The notes under the pieces: model-generated | The model's database searches: none | Told to the model about the DNA's origin: nothing | What the model saw: the letters and a program-made list of their open reading frames with translations, nothing else | Assembly (NCBI RefSeq): GCF_009914755.1 | Contig: NC_060937.1 | Strand: one strand, 5' to 3' | DNA: 64,000 nt | Origin: the human T2T-CHM13v2.0 reference genome, Homo sapiens | Shown here: in pieces, positions 11,964 to 25,873 of the stretch | How positions within the stretch are numbered: position 1 is the stretch's first letter | Layout of the letters: every line of letters starts with the position of its first letter | Position numbers and translations under genes: made by a program

Positions 11964-14809
11964 AAAGAAAACAATGTGCCCCATTTTGGATGTCGGGAAA
12001 AAACTGAGTTCTCTCATATCTAGCACATCATTTGCAGCAAATGTGATATAGCGACTCATTTTGGACCACCATGATTGAACTTGGCACCAATATTTTGTAT
12101 TTATATAATGCAGGAACAAAAAAGAGGCTATGGTTTTCCTAATGGTGTCATCTGAGTGAAAAAACAACAACAAAAAAAAGACAAACAAAAAAAACAAGAT
12201 GACTGCACTATACTTCAGTAGCTTTTCCCAGATAAACATGGTGCTGTTTGAGAGTTTGTCCCATTCCTGCTCATTGGAAATTTGAATAGTTTTATACCAG
12301 TTCATTTCTCTCAATGGCTTATTTTCCATTAGGTTTTTAACTTTTAGTATGTGCTAAAAGCAGGGATATAATGATTTATTATTATAATAAAAATTATCAT
12401 TGCTTTACTTTTTCTGTTCTGCAGAGGGAAACAAAGGTGAATTTACGAGACAAATCAAAACTTGCCTCTTGGTCTGAATTGTTCATACAAATTAAAATCT
12501 ACTTCATTGACTTAGAGGAGTATATTCTAAACTAAAACATATTAAACATTGCTTTAATTATCTGTATTTCTATAGTGACATAATATTTTTTAGGAAATTC
12601 TCTAGAGAATACAAGTTTATTAAAAAATTTTTAATTGCTGATTTAATTTCACTTCCTGCTTTGTTTGCCTTTCTGAATTACTGGGTTACATAATTTAGAG
12701 TATTCAGAGCTTTTGCCAAGAATTAAATTCAACTGTTTCCCTTCTTCTAATTAATATATATATAGATATAGGATATATATGATTCCTTCATATTTCTGAA
12801 TACCAGACTGAATAGTGTTTGGTGTTTTGGTGTCCACTTGCAATGCTTTTATTCTCTGAAGTTTAAAAAGCAAATATCATCCTTGCAAATACTTTAAGAC
12901 TTCAAATAGCATACATATTTGTTCAAAAATAATTGGCATATTTTCCTTGCAACTCTATTGTGCTAAATCTACATTTGAACGTAGTTTAAGAGATTTTTCC
13001 TTTCTCAGCTAATTTAGAGACTGAGAACTGCGTAAAATTTAGTGTATAATTCAAAGTTCATGCTGCATTTTCAGAATAAGAATGGGAGATGAATGAATTC
13101 AAACTCTTTTTTAAGGGGAAAAATGGACCCTACTGAGAAATACTTCTTAATGGTGCATAACTGTTTTATGAATCAGGGAGAATGAGTTGGTGTAGGGTTA
13201 TAAAACAATTAATGTTATTCATTGGGTCTAGAGTAGTAAAGTGAGAATTCAGTGCTAATAACATTTCATCATTCGAAGTAGCAGAGAACAAGAATGTATT
13301 TATCATTAAGCTCTAACTGCTAGCACAATTTATGGCTGGATGTTTTTGTTTCTGCTATGCTGATAGAACAAATAAAATGTGTAAAGAATTAATTTTCTGG
13401 AAATCAGGTCAACAATGAAGACATTTAAAAGGATAATATAAAACCAAAAAAAAAGAGAAAGTAACTGCTTTAATGCTTTGTCACATTGATGAACTGTATT
13501 ATCAAATTAAGTTTATCAATTCAGTAGTAATTTTAGACACCTCTTCTGATTTTCAGTGAATAACACAAAACTTAAGTCACTGAAGTTAAACAAATATTTT
13601 AAATGTATATACATTAGTTTATAGTGTACAACATGTAATGACTGACTTCGTTTACAGTATGCAGTTTGTTTGAGTAAATTACCAGAAGCATTTAAAAAAT
13701 GGAGCACACCCAACATTAAATGGATACAGCAGACACTACTAATTACAAGAACATTTTAATATTTTGGAGACTTCGTTATTCATTGGGCAGAGTATATAAG
13801 CAAACAATCATATTACAGATTTTTATGGCAAGACTAGAAACTTTTTGATATTATAATCAGAAGTGAGAACATTTCAAAAGGAAAATAATTGAGAGAATGA
13901 TCATAATACATATTGCCTCAGTGAAAAATAGTGCAAAGTTTATGACCTGAACTATGCAGTAATTGTGTATTCAACTGCCTGCCTAGATGTGATAGGGTGA
14001 AAAGCTTGAGTTATAGTGGTAAAATATATTTTTAGAGAAAGATAAAAATGTGTTAAATGCTGCCAAATCTAGATTTCAAGTCTCTATAACTAGATTTTAT
14101 GTTATACAGTAGTATAATTTGGCAAAGTGATAATAGACTTCAGTGAGAAGAGAAACAAATTATACTGACTCTGAATAGAAAATCTCATTTGAAGACTCAA
14201 CTACTCTCCTCTCTACTGTTTAGCTAGAGTATTACACTTTAATGAGAAACAGGCATTCAGATGCCAATCAGCAAGTCTAGACAGTATTTCAATATTGTGG
14301 GACCAGATGAGAACTCTAAATTTGATTCTTATTTTCTGAGAATTAATATCCAGCATTCATTGTGTAATAGCCCTCCTTACATTCCCTCTGTTCTGCTCTA
14401 AAGGAAAGGTAAGAATAATTCTACCTCTGTCATTTCACTCTCTTACTCACCACTGCTTTGATACTGGTATATTTCTAATCATGGAATTCATTTGTTTAGA
14501 TTTCATCTTTGGTTTAGAATTACTCTTAGGTAAGAATCCTAAATATTGTTCACAAAGTTCTTCATTATTAGTTCCCAATTAACCTTCCAGTTTTCTACTC
14601 ATATACAGTGATTATATTGAAAATATTTGTACACTGGTAAAACACAGGCATGTAATTGCCACATGAAATGCCACCTGGAGGACCTTTGCTCTGCCAGACA
14701 TTTATCTCTTAGTTGACAGATCTTGGGTGGCTGGAGGTTTTCTAGGTAGGGCTGGGAGTTCATGAGGGGCTCAGAGTGAAGAGGCTTTATTGCTCTTTTA
14801 TCAGACATT

Positions 14810-15100
14810 CCCTTCTGCCTTCAGTCACACAAATACTTCCCTAGCACACAACCATGGTGAACTGCAGTTTAGTTATTGGGATCTTGACACTTGTTTGTTT
14901 CCTCTTCCTGGACATCTCTCCCATCCCCTAACATTTGCATCTGGCTAAGTAGTACACATCTTTCAGGTCTCATAGTGCCACTCAATCCTCATCACAGTCT
15001 TCATTACATTTTTCCAGTTGTCCACATATACTATAATGTATTTTGTTTGCACAAAACATTAATCTTATTATATATTATTATGTAATTAATTGGCATATTC
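14810..15100 (+). mobile_element. L2 fragment; its 3' end resumes at ~22620-22725 after the ERV
   Basis: L2-like cacttgtttgtttcctcttcctggacatctctcc; terminal ttgttgaatgaatgaatg near 22710. Confidence 0.5.
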
Positions 15101-15152
15101 TTTTACTCTAAACCATTGTTTTTATTTAGGGGAACTATAACTCCCTGGGGTA

Positions 15153-15630
15153 TGTGAAAGAAAAATAAAATCTTAGGACCCCAATTTACTATGCCAAAAA
15201 GAAAAAATGAAGCGGAAAGATGAGTCATGCAAGAACCTGCTTTCATTTTGTTCCTAAGCAGAGAGCTACAGATAAAGGTTATATATCTCCATAGATAGCT
15301 ACTCTATGTTCACCTTATGTTATATAAAGTGCTGATTTACTGAGAGCTAGTTGAAAACTTAACGGACTATTCCCCTACCTGCTTCTTTTCTCTTGCAAGA
15401 TGTGGATACAGCAATGTCACGATACCCTCTCTTTCCCCTCCAGCCCGCATTTTCCCTTTAAATACTGAAGTTTTCAAAATCATCTTTGGAAAAAGGTATG
15501 GATAACAAAGGTATGGATCACAGATTGTTCCTATGGATTTGTGATTTTTCTTTTACAAGGAAGTCCTTAACATTGGCAAAATAAACCTCTAAAGTGGTTG
15601 ATACCTGTTTCAGAGACTTTTTGGTTTACA
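15153..15630 (+). mobile_element. 5' LTR, MER4C-like
   Basis: TG...CA termini, AATAAA at ~15580, homologous to 22025-22483. Confidence 0.9.
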
Positions 15631-15633
15631 AAT

Positions 15634-15653
15634 TGGTGACTAACAAAGGGGAC
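15634..15653 (+). promoter_or_regulatory. Degenerate retroviral primer-binding site (tRNA-Arg-like)
   Basis: tggtgactaacaaaggggac immediately after the LTR resembles TGGCGACCACGAAGGGAC, the complement of the tRNA-Arg(TCG) 3' end. Confidence 0.6.
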
Positions 15654-15978
15654 TCTGAGTGGAGGTGGCCCTAACCTTTGACAAATCTTCTGTTGGTGCT
15701 TGGTACCAGCCTGGGTACCAAACCTCAAACCTTGGTACCCAAGCTGGTACCAAGATTTTATTGCTCAAACCAATAGGACAATTTGCTGAGGTACTGAAGG
15801 TTTTATTTACCCTCCAGAGAATCCTGATCTCCCCTAATTTGGTTGAGATCTAAGGTTGATTTAGCTGTATGACTCCTTTTCTGAAGTTTTACTCACTTCC
15901 AATAGGTAAGGCAAGTTTGAGCTTTTCCCTGCTTCTAAGATGGTAGAGATCAGCTTTCAGCCTTGGCCACATTCCTAG

Positions 15979-16348
<370 letters not shown>

Positions 16349-16353
16349 TGTCA

Positions 16354-16434
16354 TTTTCTTTTTCTTTTTTTTAATTATTATAATTTTTATATGTAAGTTC
16401 TAGTGTACATGTGTACAATGTGCAGGTTTGTTAT
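16354..16434 (-). mobile_element. Very short L1PA 3' end
   Basis: Poly(T)-like tail followed by taagttctagtgtacatgtgtacaatgtgcaggtttgtta. Confidence 0.7.
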
Positions 16435-17026
16435 GACTAAAAGTTAAGATTGTCAACCAGCTGGTCTAGTTCTCAGTAATCATATTGTTTGTTTTTCTTG
16501 TTCTTGTTTTGGCCTTTCACTCCTTTTCCCATTGGATTTCACCAACTCTACCTGGTTTGGTCAAATCTGAATGAAAATTCCAACTTGTGCAGAACAAGGC
16601 CTCTGAATTGGCTGAAATCCCCTACAGCTGCAAAACTGAAAAAACAAAGCAAAAATAAAAACAAACAAACAAAAAAAAACAGCCAGCAAAAAGGATTTTT
16701 TTTTTAAATGTTTTTCTACTACTTTAGGGGCTTCAGCCACAAAACAAGGGTACGTTTTACTAAAAAAGCTGCTTCTAGTTTTTCTTCTTGTAAGAAGAGC
16801 AACAGCAGCTACCATTAGCTATAGTTCAGTAACTAAGATCTTGCCCTTTTTACTTTTGTAACCTAGGTTTGCTTCCTAAATCAAGTCCTTTCTTGTTTGA
16901 TATTTATGCTCCTTTTGAATATCAGCTGATTGTCCTAGCTAAAATATAGTAGTAAGAGATTTGAAATTATTTTTTAGGGAGCTTTATATTTAAAAGTCAG
17001 CTTAATTAAAAGCTGGTATCTAAGAT

Positions 17027-17056
17027 ATCTATCTATCTATTATCTATCTATCTGTG

Positions 17057-17106
<50 letters not shown>
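17027..17106. repeat. (TATC)n tetranucleotide microsatellite
   Basis: Direct observation. Confidence 0.95.
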
Positions 17107-17112
17107 GTCTTT

Positions 17113-17270
17113 GTGCTCCTATGAGAATCTAATGCTGCCATTGATCTGACAGGAGGTGAAGCTCAGGTGTTAATACTTGCCCACCTGCCACTTACCTCCT
17201 GCTGTGTGACCCAGTTCCTAACAGGCCACAAGCTAGTGCTGGTCCGCAGCCTGGCGCATGGGAACCTCTG
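17113..17270 (-). mobile_element. MER1B/MER1A (hAT-Charlie) fragment inside the ERV
   Basis: gctcctatgagaatctaatgctgcc...cagttcctaacaggccac...gggaacctctg is the reverse complement of the MER1B 5' end. Confidence 0.8.
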
Positions 17271-17559
17271 CAATACGGGCTACATTGGAAGAGCTCAGTG
17301 GTCCAGTTAAAAGATAGAGAATAAATTTAAAACTACCTATCTAAATAAAGTTGGTCTCCTTATAAAATCCTATGGTAGATTTCTGTAATTTTATGTTTGG
17401 CTTGGCATCCATTTTAATCTTCTTGCAACACACCCTAACTTTCTCTCTCTGTGTACTTTGCAATGTAAATTTTGCTGATTTTCACCTAAGAATTTGTTAT
17501 GCAAATTTAGGGTTATGTTGCTGATGATTGCTTAGGGTAATGAAAGAGGTTATCAAGAA

Positions 17560-17694
17560 GGTTGGGCATGGTGGCTCACTCCTATAATCCCAACATTTTG
17601 GGAGGCTGATGGGGACAGAATGCTTGAGCCCAGGAGTTTGAGACTAGCCTGAGCAACATGGCAAAACCCTGTCTTTACAAAAAAATACGAAAAT
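17560..17694 (+). mobile_element. Alu left monomer (FLAM/AluJ-like)
   Basis: ggttgggcatggtggctcactcctataatcccaacattttgggagg...gcccaggagtttgagactagcctgagcaacatgg. Confidence 0.8.
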
Positions 17695-20600
17695 ATATTT
17701 ACACCTATTTTTCAAGCAGTTCTATATTTATCTCTACTAAATATTAAGGTCAAAATTTTATATGAAGTTTATAGAGCTACAAAGGCAGGCCAACAGAATG
17801 ATCCTCGTGCAATTTTTGTGATAAAAAAGGCATTCAATATTATTGGTTTAATGAAAACAGCTAGATCTTGGGTTATTACCAAAAAGGCCCATTTATTTAA
17901 CCTTAAGATATTACTCAAGTAAACAACCAGTCTTCACAGGCTATAAAAATGGTTAACAGGGAATAACTTTAAATGATGATTAGCTTTGACTAATATCACA
18001 ATTTTTAAAAGTAATCTAGGTAAACTATTATGAATAAACTAATTAATTAGGTAAACATAATAAAATAATTGCTTATAAAAATGCTTGTCATATAGTTCAG
18101 AATCTTAAAGTTTTATTCAATTGAATAATATATATTCATTAAATGTCTGCATCATACCAATATTCTATAATTATACTATAGAAAAACATTTTTCTAAAAC
18201 AAACATTGCTATAAAAGAGAAAATAAGTTTTATCTAATTCAAAGGTTACTTATGACAAAAGGTAAAAGGAAACAATAAACAAGGGAGAAGTAAATAAAGT
18301 TTAAATACAAAGACTTATTTTTGGTGAGAAAGGTTAAAACTAAAATAATTTCATATGAGAAAGAATCTTATATGGTAATTTTGTGTCCTAAAATAAAGTG
18401 TCTGGTTATTTAAGAAAGATACTTGTTTGGGATAAAACTGGAAGCCCAAGTATGTCATAGATGGTTTGTGTTAGTCATAATCAGATTTGTAAAAAGATAA
18501 TTTTTGAAAAAAATCTTCATGTAATTAAGTTGGCTACAATTGAAAGGAAATTGTATATAATAGTCTTCCTAGAGATTGGGCTTTGATATTAAGAATACAT
18601 TAATACACAAAACAATTGGTTAGAGTAAAAAAATTTTTAAAGTATTGATTTACTTTTAATAAAACTATAATAAATTTTAATTTTTCACCCCAAAATTTGA
18701 CTTTCCTTGCATCTAATTTTCAGCTTTATTTTCTATTTGAAGAGGCCTAAAATAATAACTCTCTCCTTCAAGCTTTTTATCACCTCCTGTAACTTTTTTC
18801 TCAGCTTCTGTCACTGTGGTCTGATGCTAAAAATATTTTATTTTGAAGATCTAAAATAAATGTATTTTTCAGATATAATAATTCTATATTCTTGGCTCCT
18901 CCTAATATATCTAAATGGCTCTATGAAATGTAAAACCTTCACTGATGACCAAGGATACACTCTTACTATGTCTAATAAATTTTAGTGCCCTTTTCATTAG
19001 TTTGGAATTGCAGGTTATCTAAATGAACTCCCCATAAAGAAATGCAATCACACTGCACAAGATCAGTTTTTTGCTTTTTGGTAATTAGTCTAAGAAACAC
19101 ATTTTAATTTTATTGAAAAATTTGCTATGTCAATGTTATTAAGTTCTTAAAAAATCTGTTTTTGCTTAGAAAAAACTGAGATTTTTTAAAATTAATTAAT
19201 GTTATTACATGCATGTAACTTTCTGTAAGGCTTTTAAAATCCTTGTTCTGGTATGCTACAGGGCTTTGACTCTTGGGTGTAAAAAGGACCCCAACTCCTG
19301 CTAAATCTTAAACATTAACCATAGTTAAAACCTCATTGTCAGGCCCATGAGAAGGTGATTAAAAAATGAACTGTGTTCTTGAGACACAGGGATGAAAATT
19401 AAGACTACTCAACCCCTCTAGGCCAGGAACTATTGTGGACAGGTAGGTATGTGAGATTGTAGGAGCCAATTTTGAGAGAAACAGTAAGTTCAGTTGCTCT
19501 ATAAATTAAACATTAATATCAAAGGCACACTGATGCAAGACCGGCATTGGGGCCCCAGGTTTTCTTAGATCATTAATCTTCATTTTAAGGAAAAAAAATA
19601 GAAAAGTTTATAAAATGGTTTGCAAACATATCTTATGGTAAAGATATTAACAGTTTAATAGATTTGTTTATAATATCTGAGAGATTTTTAACTGGCATCA
19701 TGCTATCTTTATTAGGGATTATTATTTAGATAAGTAACTCTCCTCTAATAAAGAATAAAGGCTTTTACTTTTTTTAAAAAAAAAATTGAGTTATGTAGGC
19801 TAAATTAATGACTTATTTTACAATAATCTGCGATCCCTTTTGATTATATCAAGTGTCTTAAACTTTTGCTATTTCACAAACTTTCCAAAATCAAATGCTG
19901 AATTTATTCTTTTTGATCTCATTTTTTTTGATATTAGGTTTTTCTGAAATCCAAAACAGATATATTTGCTTACATTGGTATAATAAAACCATAGGAAGCA
20001 TTGTCAACTATGAAATAATGTCTAATATGTTTTGGATTATATTTATAAAAGTGTATTATTAGCATGAGTTCCAAAATTATATGAGATTTCTGTGACTCTG
20101 ATAAGTCTTAGTATATATTATTAGTAGTAATTATGATTATGTTAAATAGTTGCAAGCCACAGAAATAACCAAATTTTCCTGTCAATTTTTTTTATCATGG
20201 TTGTTCTAAGACTTATTTCATCCACAATTGTTATTCTTTAACCTTTTGAAAGGGTTATTTATAATCAGCTACAGAGCTCTGAAGAGTTCTCTAAAATATA
20301 GGTTTCTGATAAATTTAGAGATTGTGCCGTTGGAATGAAGAAAAAATCTTCCAGGACTCTCATGGAGATGTGATATATTCATGAGGATTGCTGATCAAAT
20401 ATGGAGCAAAAAAGTTCATTGCATGGAGTGAACTAATAGTCGACTGAAAATAACCTTTTATGACCTTTGTTTAAAACATTGCCAGTTCTTTTTTTATCAG
20501 AGCCAATAAAACTTTTTCCTCTTTTTTGCCATTTAAGCTTTTAACAATTGAATAAAATAAACTCTTATGAGCAAAATTTAAAACGTAATTCTTTTTTTTC

Positions 20601-21464
20601 AACGTGTTTCCAACATTTGGAAACTTTTTGATTATTCTTAATTTATAGATTATATAGCTATTTGCATCAGTTCAATAAGAATCTGTTTTCTTTTATAGCA
20701 ACATATGATTAGAGACATTGGTTATTTTATCAAGGCTTTGACTAGGATGACACACTTTCAAATGGCCTTGAAAAAATAGGGCTGACCTAAAGAGCTTTAA
20801 AAGCCCCTTGGAGAAACAGGTCTCATATTTTGTCCTTAAGAGAGTCCTGACCTGTGGTAGGTAAAGAATGTTATTTTCTGACAGGCCCAGGAACCCCAAG
20901 CCTACTTGGTACCTCAAAAAAAAGAGAAATTCGTTCAATTCATACCAGTACCTACAGGCACAGATAAATCTTTGACTGGGATCAAGGCTTTTAGAAAGGT
21001 TCCAGCAAGGCCAATTTAAAAAAAAAAAAAAAAAAAAAACTTATATGGCAAACGATTACTCTTGCTCAATTTTAGGGAAATGAACATGTCAATTATAATA
21101 CAACTAAAATTTCTTTTACAAACAAATTGGTCCTGCTATGATTTTGCCTTTAATAAAATTGGGTAATTAGAGACATAAATTATTTTTTCAAAATAAACTA
21201 TAGTACACTTCTTACTAGATTCTAAGTTTATCCAATAATTTTCAATTTTTATTATTTTCTAAAATTTGAACTGAATCCTCACATTTTCCTGGCTACAAGT
21301 CTCTAAAGTCATGTTTTTTATTTTTTTCTCTCTTTTCTTTTTTTCTCTATTTTCAATGATTTGAAATCACTGAAAAATTAAAACTGTGCTTTTGTTAAAG
21401 TTCTGTAACCTGAAGCTAGAATACTTAAACATTGGAAATAAACATTGGAAGAAAAGGACAACAA

Positions 21465-21710
21465 TACACACACACATATATATGTTATATATATAGATTA
21501 TGTATTATATTTTATTATATAGTATATATAATATATAATATATAAAATGTGTTATACTATACTATAATATAATATATATTAAAATGTATTATATATTATT
21601 ATAAAATATATTATAATATATAATATATTATAATATAAAATATATATTATATTATATACTATAATATAAAATATATTATATTATATATTATATATAAATA
21701 TACTTTTATA
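21465..21710. repeat. AT-rich low-complexity expansion inside the ERV
   Basis: Degenerate (TA/TATAA)n tract. Confidence 0.9.
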
Positions 21711-22024
21711 CCTGTCTACTGACGTATGAACTTCAGAGTAATATGGCCTATATCAGTTTTCCAGGATTGTTTTACCTTTCTATTTGTTAATTCTCTTTTT
21801 TGTTCTTCTGTTTTCTTTCTCTCTTCCATCCCCAATTTTCCTTAATGGAACAAGAGACTTCAGAACTTGCTAACAATGAGCTTTCCTCACAATATGGGAC
21901 CTATCCATCTAGGAATAAACCATCCTAGCCATGAGAGATTGGACAAAATCTGAAACCAGAGACTCATTTTCATCTAATATGCTTTCTCTAAAAGATATTA
22001 TTTTAAGGAGGGGTGGGAAATGAA

Positions 22025-22483
22025 TGTGAAAGGAAAAATAAAATCTCAGGAACCCAATTATGGCCAAAAGTATAAATTAAGCTAAAAGCTGAATCATGCA
22101 TGAAATTTCCTTTCCTTTTTGTTCCTAAGCAGAGTTACAGATAAAAGGTTAAATATAACCACAGGTAGCTACTCTATACTTACATTTCTTGTGTAACATT
22201 CTGAGTTACTGAGTGCTAGTTGAACTAATTGACTCTTTCTTTACTGCTACTTTTCTCTTGCAACATGTGGATTCAGTAATGTGACTGTACTCTCCCTATT
22301 TCCCCTTCAGCCTACTTTTTCCTTTTAAATATTGAAGTCCTCAAAATAATCATTGGAAAAACGTATGGACCACAGATTGTTCTTGTGGATTTGTGATCCT
22401 TCTTTTTTCAGGCATGTCTTTTACCTTGGCAAAATAAATTTCTGAATTGATTGAGATCTGTCTCAGACACTTTTTGGTTTACA
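22025..22483 (+). mobile_element. 3' LTR, MER4C-like
   Basis: Preceded by a PPT; TG...CA termini; homologous to the 5' LTR. Confidence 0.9.
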
Positions 22484-23579
22484 GCTCATAGTTAAAGGTT
22501 CCGATTCCTGGAGTTCATTTTCTAACAAAATAATAAATTCACTTTGCTATGCCTCAAACATTGACAATTTAACAAGATTCTTAGTGATTCACATGCAACT
22601 TATAATTTAAGAACTGCTCTGTGAAGACGGTATGTAAACATGCTTTTCCACTCTACATGTTGAGAAAATAACCCAAAACACAGTACAAAATCAGTACTTT
22701 GAAAATCTTGTTGAATGAATGAATGCCTGTCAAAAATGCTTCACTGATGAAAGTTTATTTTCAAGTGTCAGCTTGTGAAGTTAGGTAATATTTAATTAGC
22801 TGGAAACAGAATTAAGTTAAGGTATAAGGAAACGTGTATGCTATATAAAAATAACCACTGATGCTGAGTATTTCAATAAGAGAGCTTTTCCTGTTTCAAG
22901 GTCCCTGTGTGTCAGAGCATATTTAAATTAGCTCTAAATCACTGGTCAATATTACTCTCTTTACATGTGTTTCTTCGTTTCCTCTTCCTCCTCTTTCCTT
23001 TTCCTTCTCTTCCTACTTTCCTTTTCCTTCTTTATCTCTTTATTATCACTTTGTTACCCTTTATGTTACTCTTTTGTCTCATTAACTTTTTAACTTTTAT
23101 TTTAGATTTATCTTTGACTCTGATTGGTAATCAAAGGGATGATTTAGATCTTCCTTAGACCCTCAAGCCTAAGAAAATTATGAGGTAAATAACGAGTGTA
23201 AAAATCACCCCAAAACATAAGTAATTTGAAATATTATACCAATAATGATCTAATTGCTTTGATATATAAATCCAAATATTACATTTTCTGAACTAGTGGT
23301 AGCCTCTTTATACTTACAAGCTTATAATAGTAAAAAAATAAAGCGTGAATTCCTAAATAAAATAAATTTGAAATAATAAAATCTGTATTCCTATCACATA
23401 GAATATTTTGAGTTTAATTCAAGCTTTGAAGTTCTGTTCACTTAATGTATAAAGTCTTTATAAATGTCACTTATTTGACACACGTGGTCATAGTCTTGGG
23501 CAGGTAAACCAAAATACAGTTAAGTATGTATACATTATTCAATAAAGCCATACATAGTAAATATGTATCTGTGAGTAAA

Positions 23580-23581
<2 letters not shown>

Positions 23582-23625
<44 letters not shown>
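23582..23625. repeat. (TA)n microsatellite
   Basis: Direct observation. Confidence 0.95.
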
Positions 23626-23628
<3 letters not shown>

Positions 23629-24311
23629 TTTACTTCTGGGAATGTTAATGTTAAAATAATAAGATATTAGATTATAAAGAGCTATAGAGTCCTTGTCTAA
23701 ATAAGAATTGTACAAACATGTATAGAAACTTCACGACTTGGTCTGTTCAGTGATTTGCTCAACTATTCTTAGCAGAGATAGGATGAAATGCTATAACTTC
23801 CAACTTCCAGTGGAAGCCCATTCCACCAAAATATGAAGAATTTAGACTAATATTACCTGTCAATATGGTTTATAGTCTATGTGTCTCAGAGAGAATATAC
23901 AAAGCTTAATTTGTTTTGGTTTCTAGTCAAAGAGCTTGGAATTTTTGTCTCATTACTAGAATTTGCCAACTAATAACATATTTTCAAGTTATAGACTAGT
24001 TTGGATATCATATATTTTAGTTTTTAAAGCTACAAATTTAGCAGACATACAAACTATAAACTTTGTTACTAATCACAGATATGCTCTTTCTCATAAACCA
24101 TTAATAAAAGTCAAGGCTTAAGGAGCATTATAATTTTCAGAGGCTTAGTTGAAAACATGTATAATTTAATTTAATTTGTAAAGATATGTCTTCAACTGTT
24201 GTGCGTGTAAATTGGAATAAACATTCAGTTTTATTGTTCTGAAAATATATTCTTAGTCACACTTAATATATGCCCTTAGGGTGATGATTTTCACATTTTT
24301 AAAATGATTAC

Positions 24312-25603
24312 TTAACCAACTGTTCTTCAACGAGACATACAAAACAAATTGGGGAAAGCACATCTTATTCAATAAATGGTGGTGGAAAAACTGGCAAGCC
24401 ACATGTAGAAGAATGAAACTGGATTTCCAACTCTCACTTTATACAAATATCAATTTAAGATGAATCAAAGATTAAATCTAATATCTGAAACCATACAAAT
24501 TCTTGAAGATAATATTGGAAAACTCTTCTTGTCATTGGCTTAGGCAAAGAATTTATGTCTAAGACCCCAAAAGCAAATGCAACAAAAACAAAAATAAATA
24601 AATGAGACCTAATTAAACTAAAAAGCTTCTGCTCAGCAAAATAAATTATCGGAAGAGTAAACAGACAACCCACAGAGTGAGAGAAAATATTTACAACCTA
24701 TGCATCTGACAAAGGACTAATACCCACCATCTATAAAGAACTCAAATTAGCAAGAAGAAAACAAATAATCCCATAAAAAAGTAGGCAAAGGACATGAGTA
24801 GACAATTCTCAAAAGCAGTTATACAAAGAGTAAACAAACATATGAAAAAATGCTCCACATCACTATTAGGGAGATGCAAATTAAAACCACAATGAGAGAC
24901 CACCCAACTCCTATAAGAAAGGGCATAATATAAAAGTCAAAAAACAACAGATGTTGGCATGGATGTGGAGAAAAGGGAACACTTTCGCTCTGCTGGTGAA
25001 ATGTAAACTAGTACAACAATTATGGAAAACAGTATGGGGATTCCTTAAAGAATTAAATGTAGAACTACCATTCGATCCACCGATCTACTCAAAGTAAAAG
25101 AAAGCATTATATGAAAAAGACACATACACATGCATGTTTATAGCAGCACAATTCACAATTGCAGAGATATGGAACCAAGCTATGTGTCCATCAACCAACG
25201 AGTGGATAAAAAAATGTGGTATATACACACCATGGAATACTACTCAGCCATAAAATGGAATGAAATAATGTCTTTTGCAGCAACTTGAATGAAGCTGGAG
25301 GACGTTATTCTACATGAAGTAACTCAGAAATGGAAAATCAAATATTGTATGTTCTCACTTTTAAGTGAGAGCTCAGCAAGGAAAATGCAAAGGCATACAC
25401 ATGATATACTGAACTTTGGCAACTCAGAGTGGGGGATGTTAGGAGCAGGGTGAGGGATAAAAGACTACATATTATATACAGTGTATACTGCTCCAGTGAG
25501 AGATGCACCAAAATCTCAAAAATCATGACTAAAGAACTTACTCATGCAACCCCAAACCACCTGTACCCCAAAACTATTGAAATAAGAATAAAATTAACTT
25601 TTA
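24312..25603 (+). mobile_element. 5'-truncated L1PB1-like element
   Basis: ORF2 C-terminal region plus L1PB 3'UTR (gggtgagggataaaagactacatat...cctgtaccccaaaactattgaaataa). TSD aaaatgattac (24301-24311) / aaaatgcttac (25604-25614) at a TTTT/AAAA site. Confidence 0.9.
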
Positions 25604-25873
25604 AAAATGCTTACAAATAGAAAATAATTTTTCTGCTAGTTCTGGAGTAATGCTTCAAGATGGAGAGAATCTATAAACTCACTGATCCTCCAGTGAGAGA
25701 ACTGCATAATAGATAAGACAAAATGACAAGAATATTTCAGAAAAAGGCTAAATGATGATTTCGAATATACTATCCTTCTACAATAGTTGTTCTGGTGAAA
25801 TCCTTTAGTGCAATAAAATATTATCTGTGACACATATTTTGATAATGATTATATATACATTCTGGTGGTTTCC

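Noticed and set aside
11949-12329. 126-aa minus-strand ORF in unique DNA
   Set aside because: No recognisable domain; it runs through A/T-run low complexity and ends in the L1 poly(A) tail.
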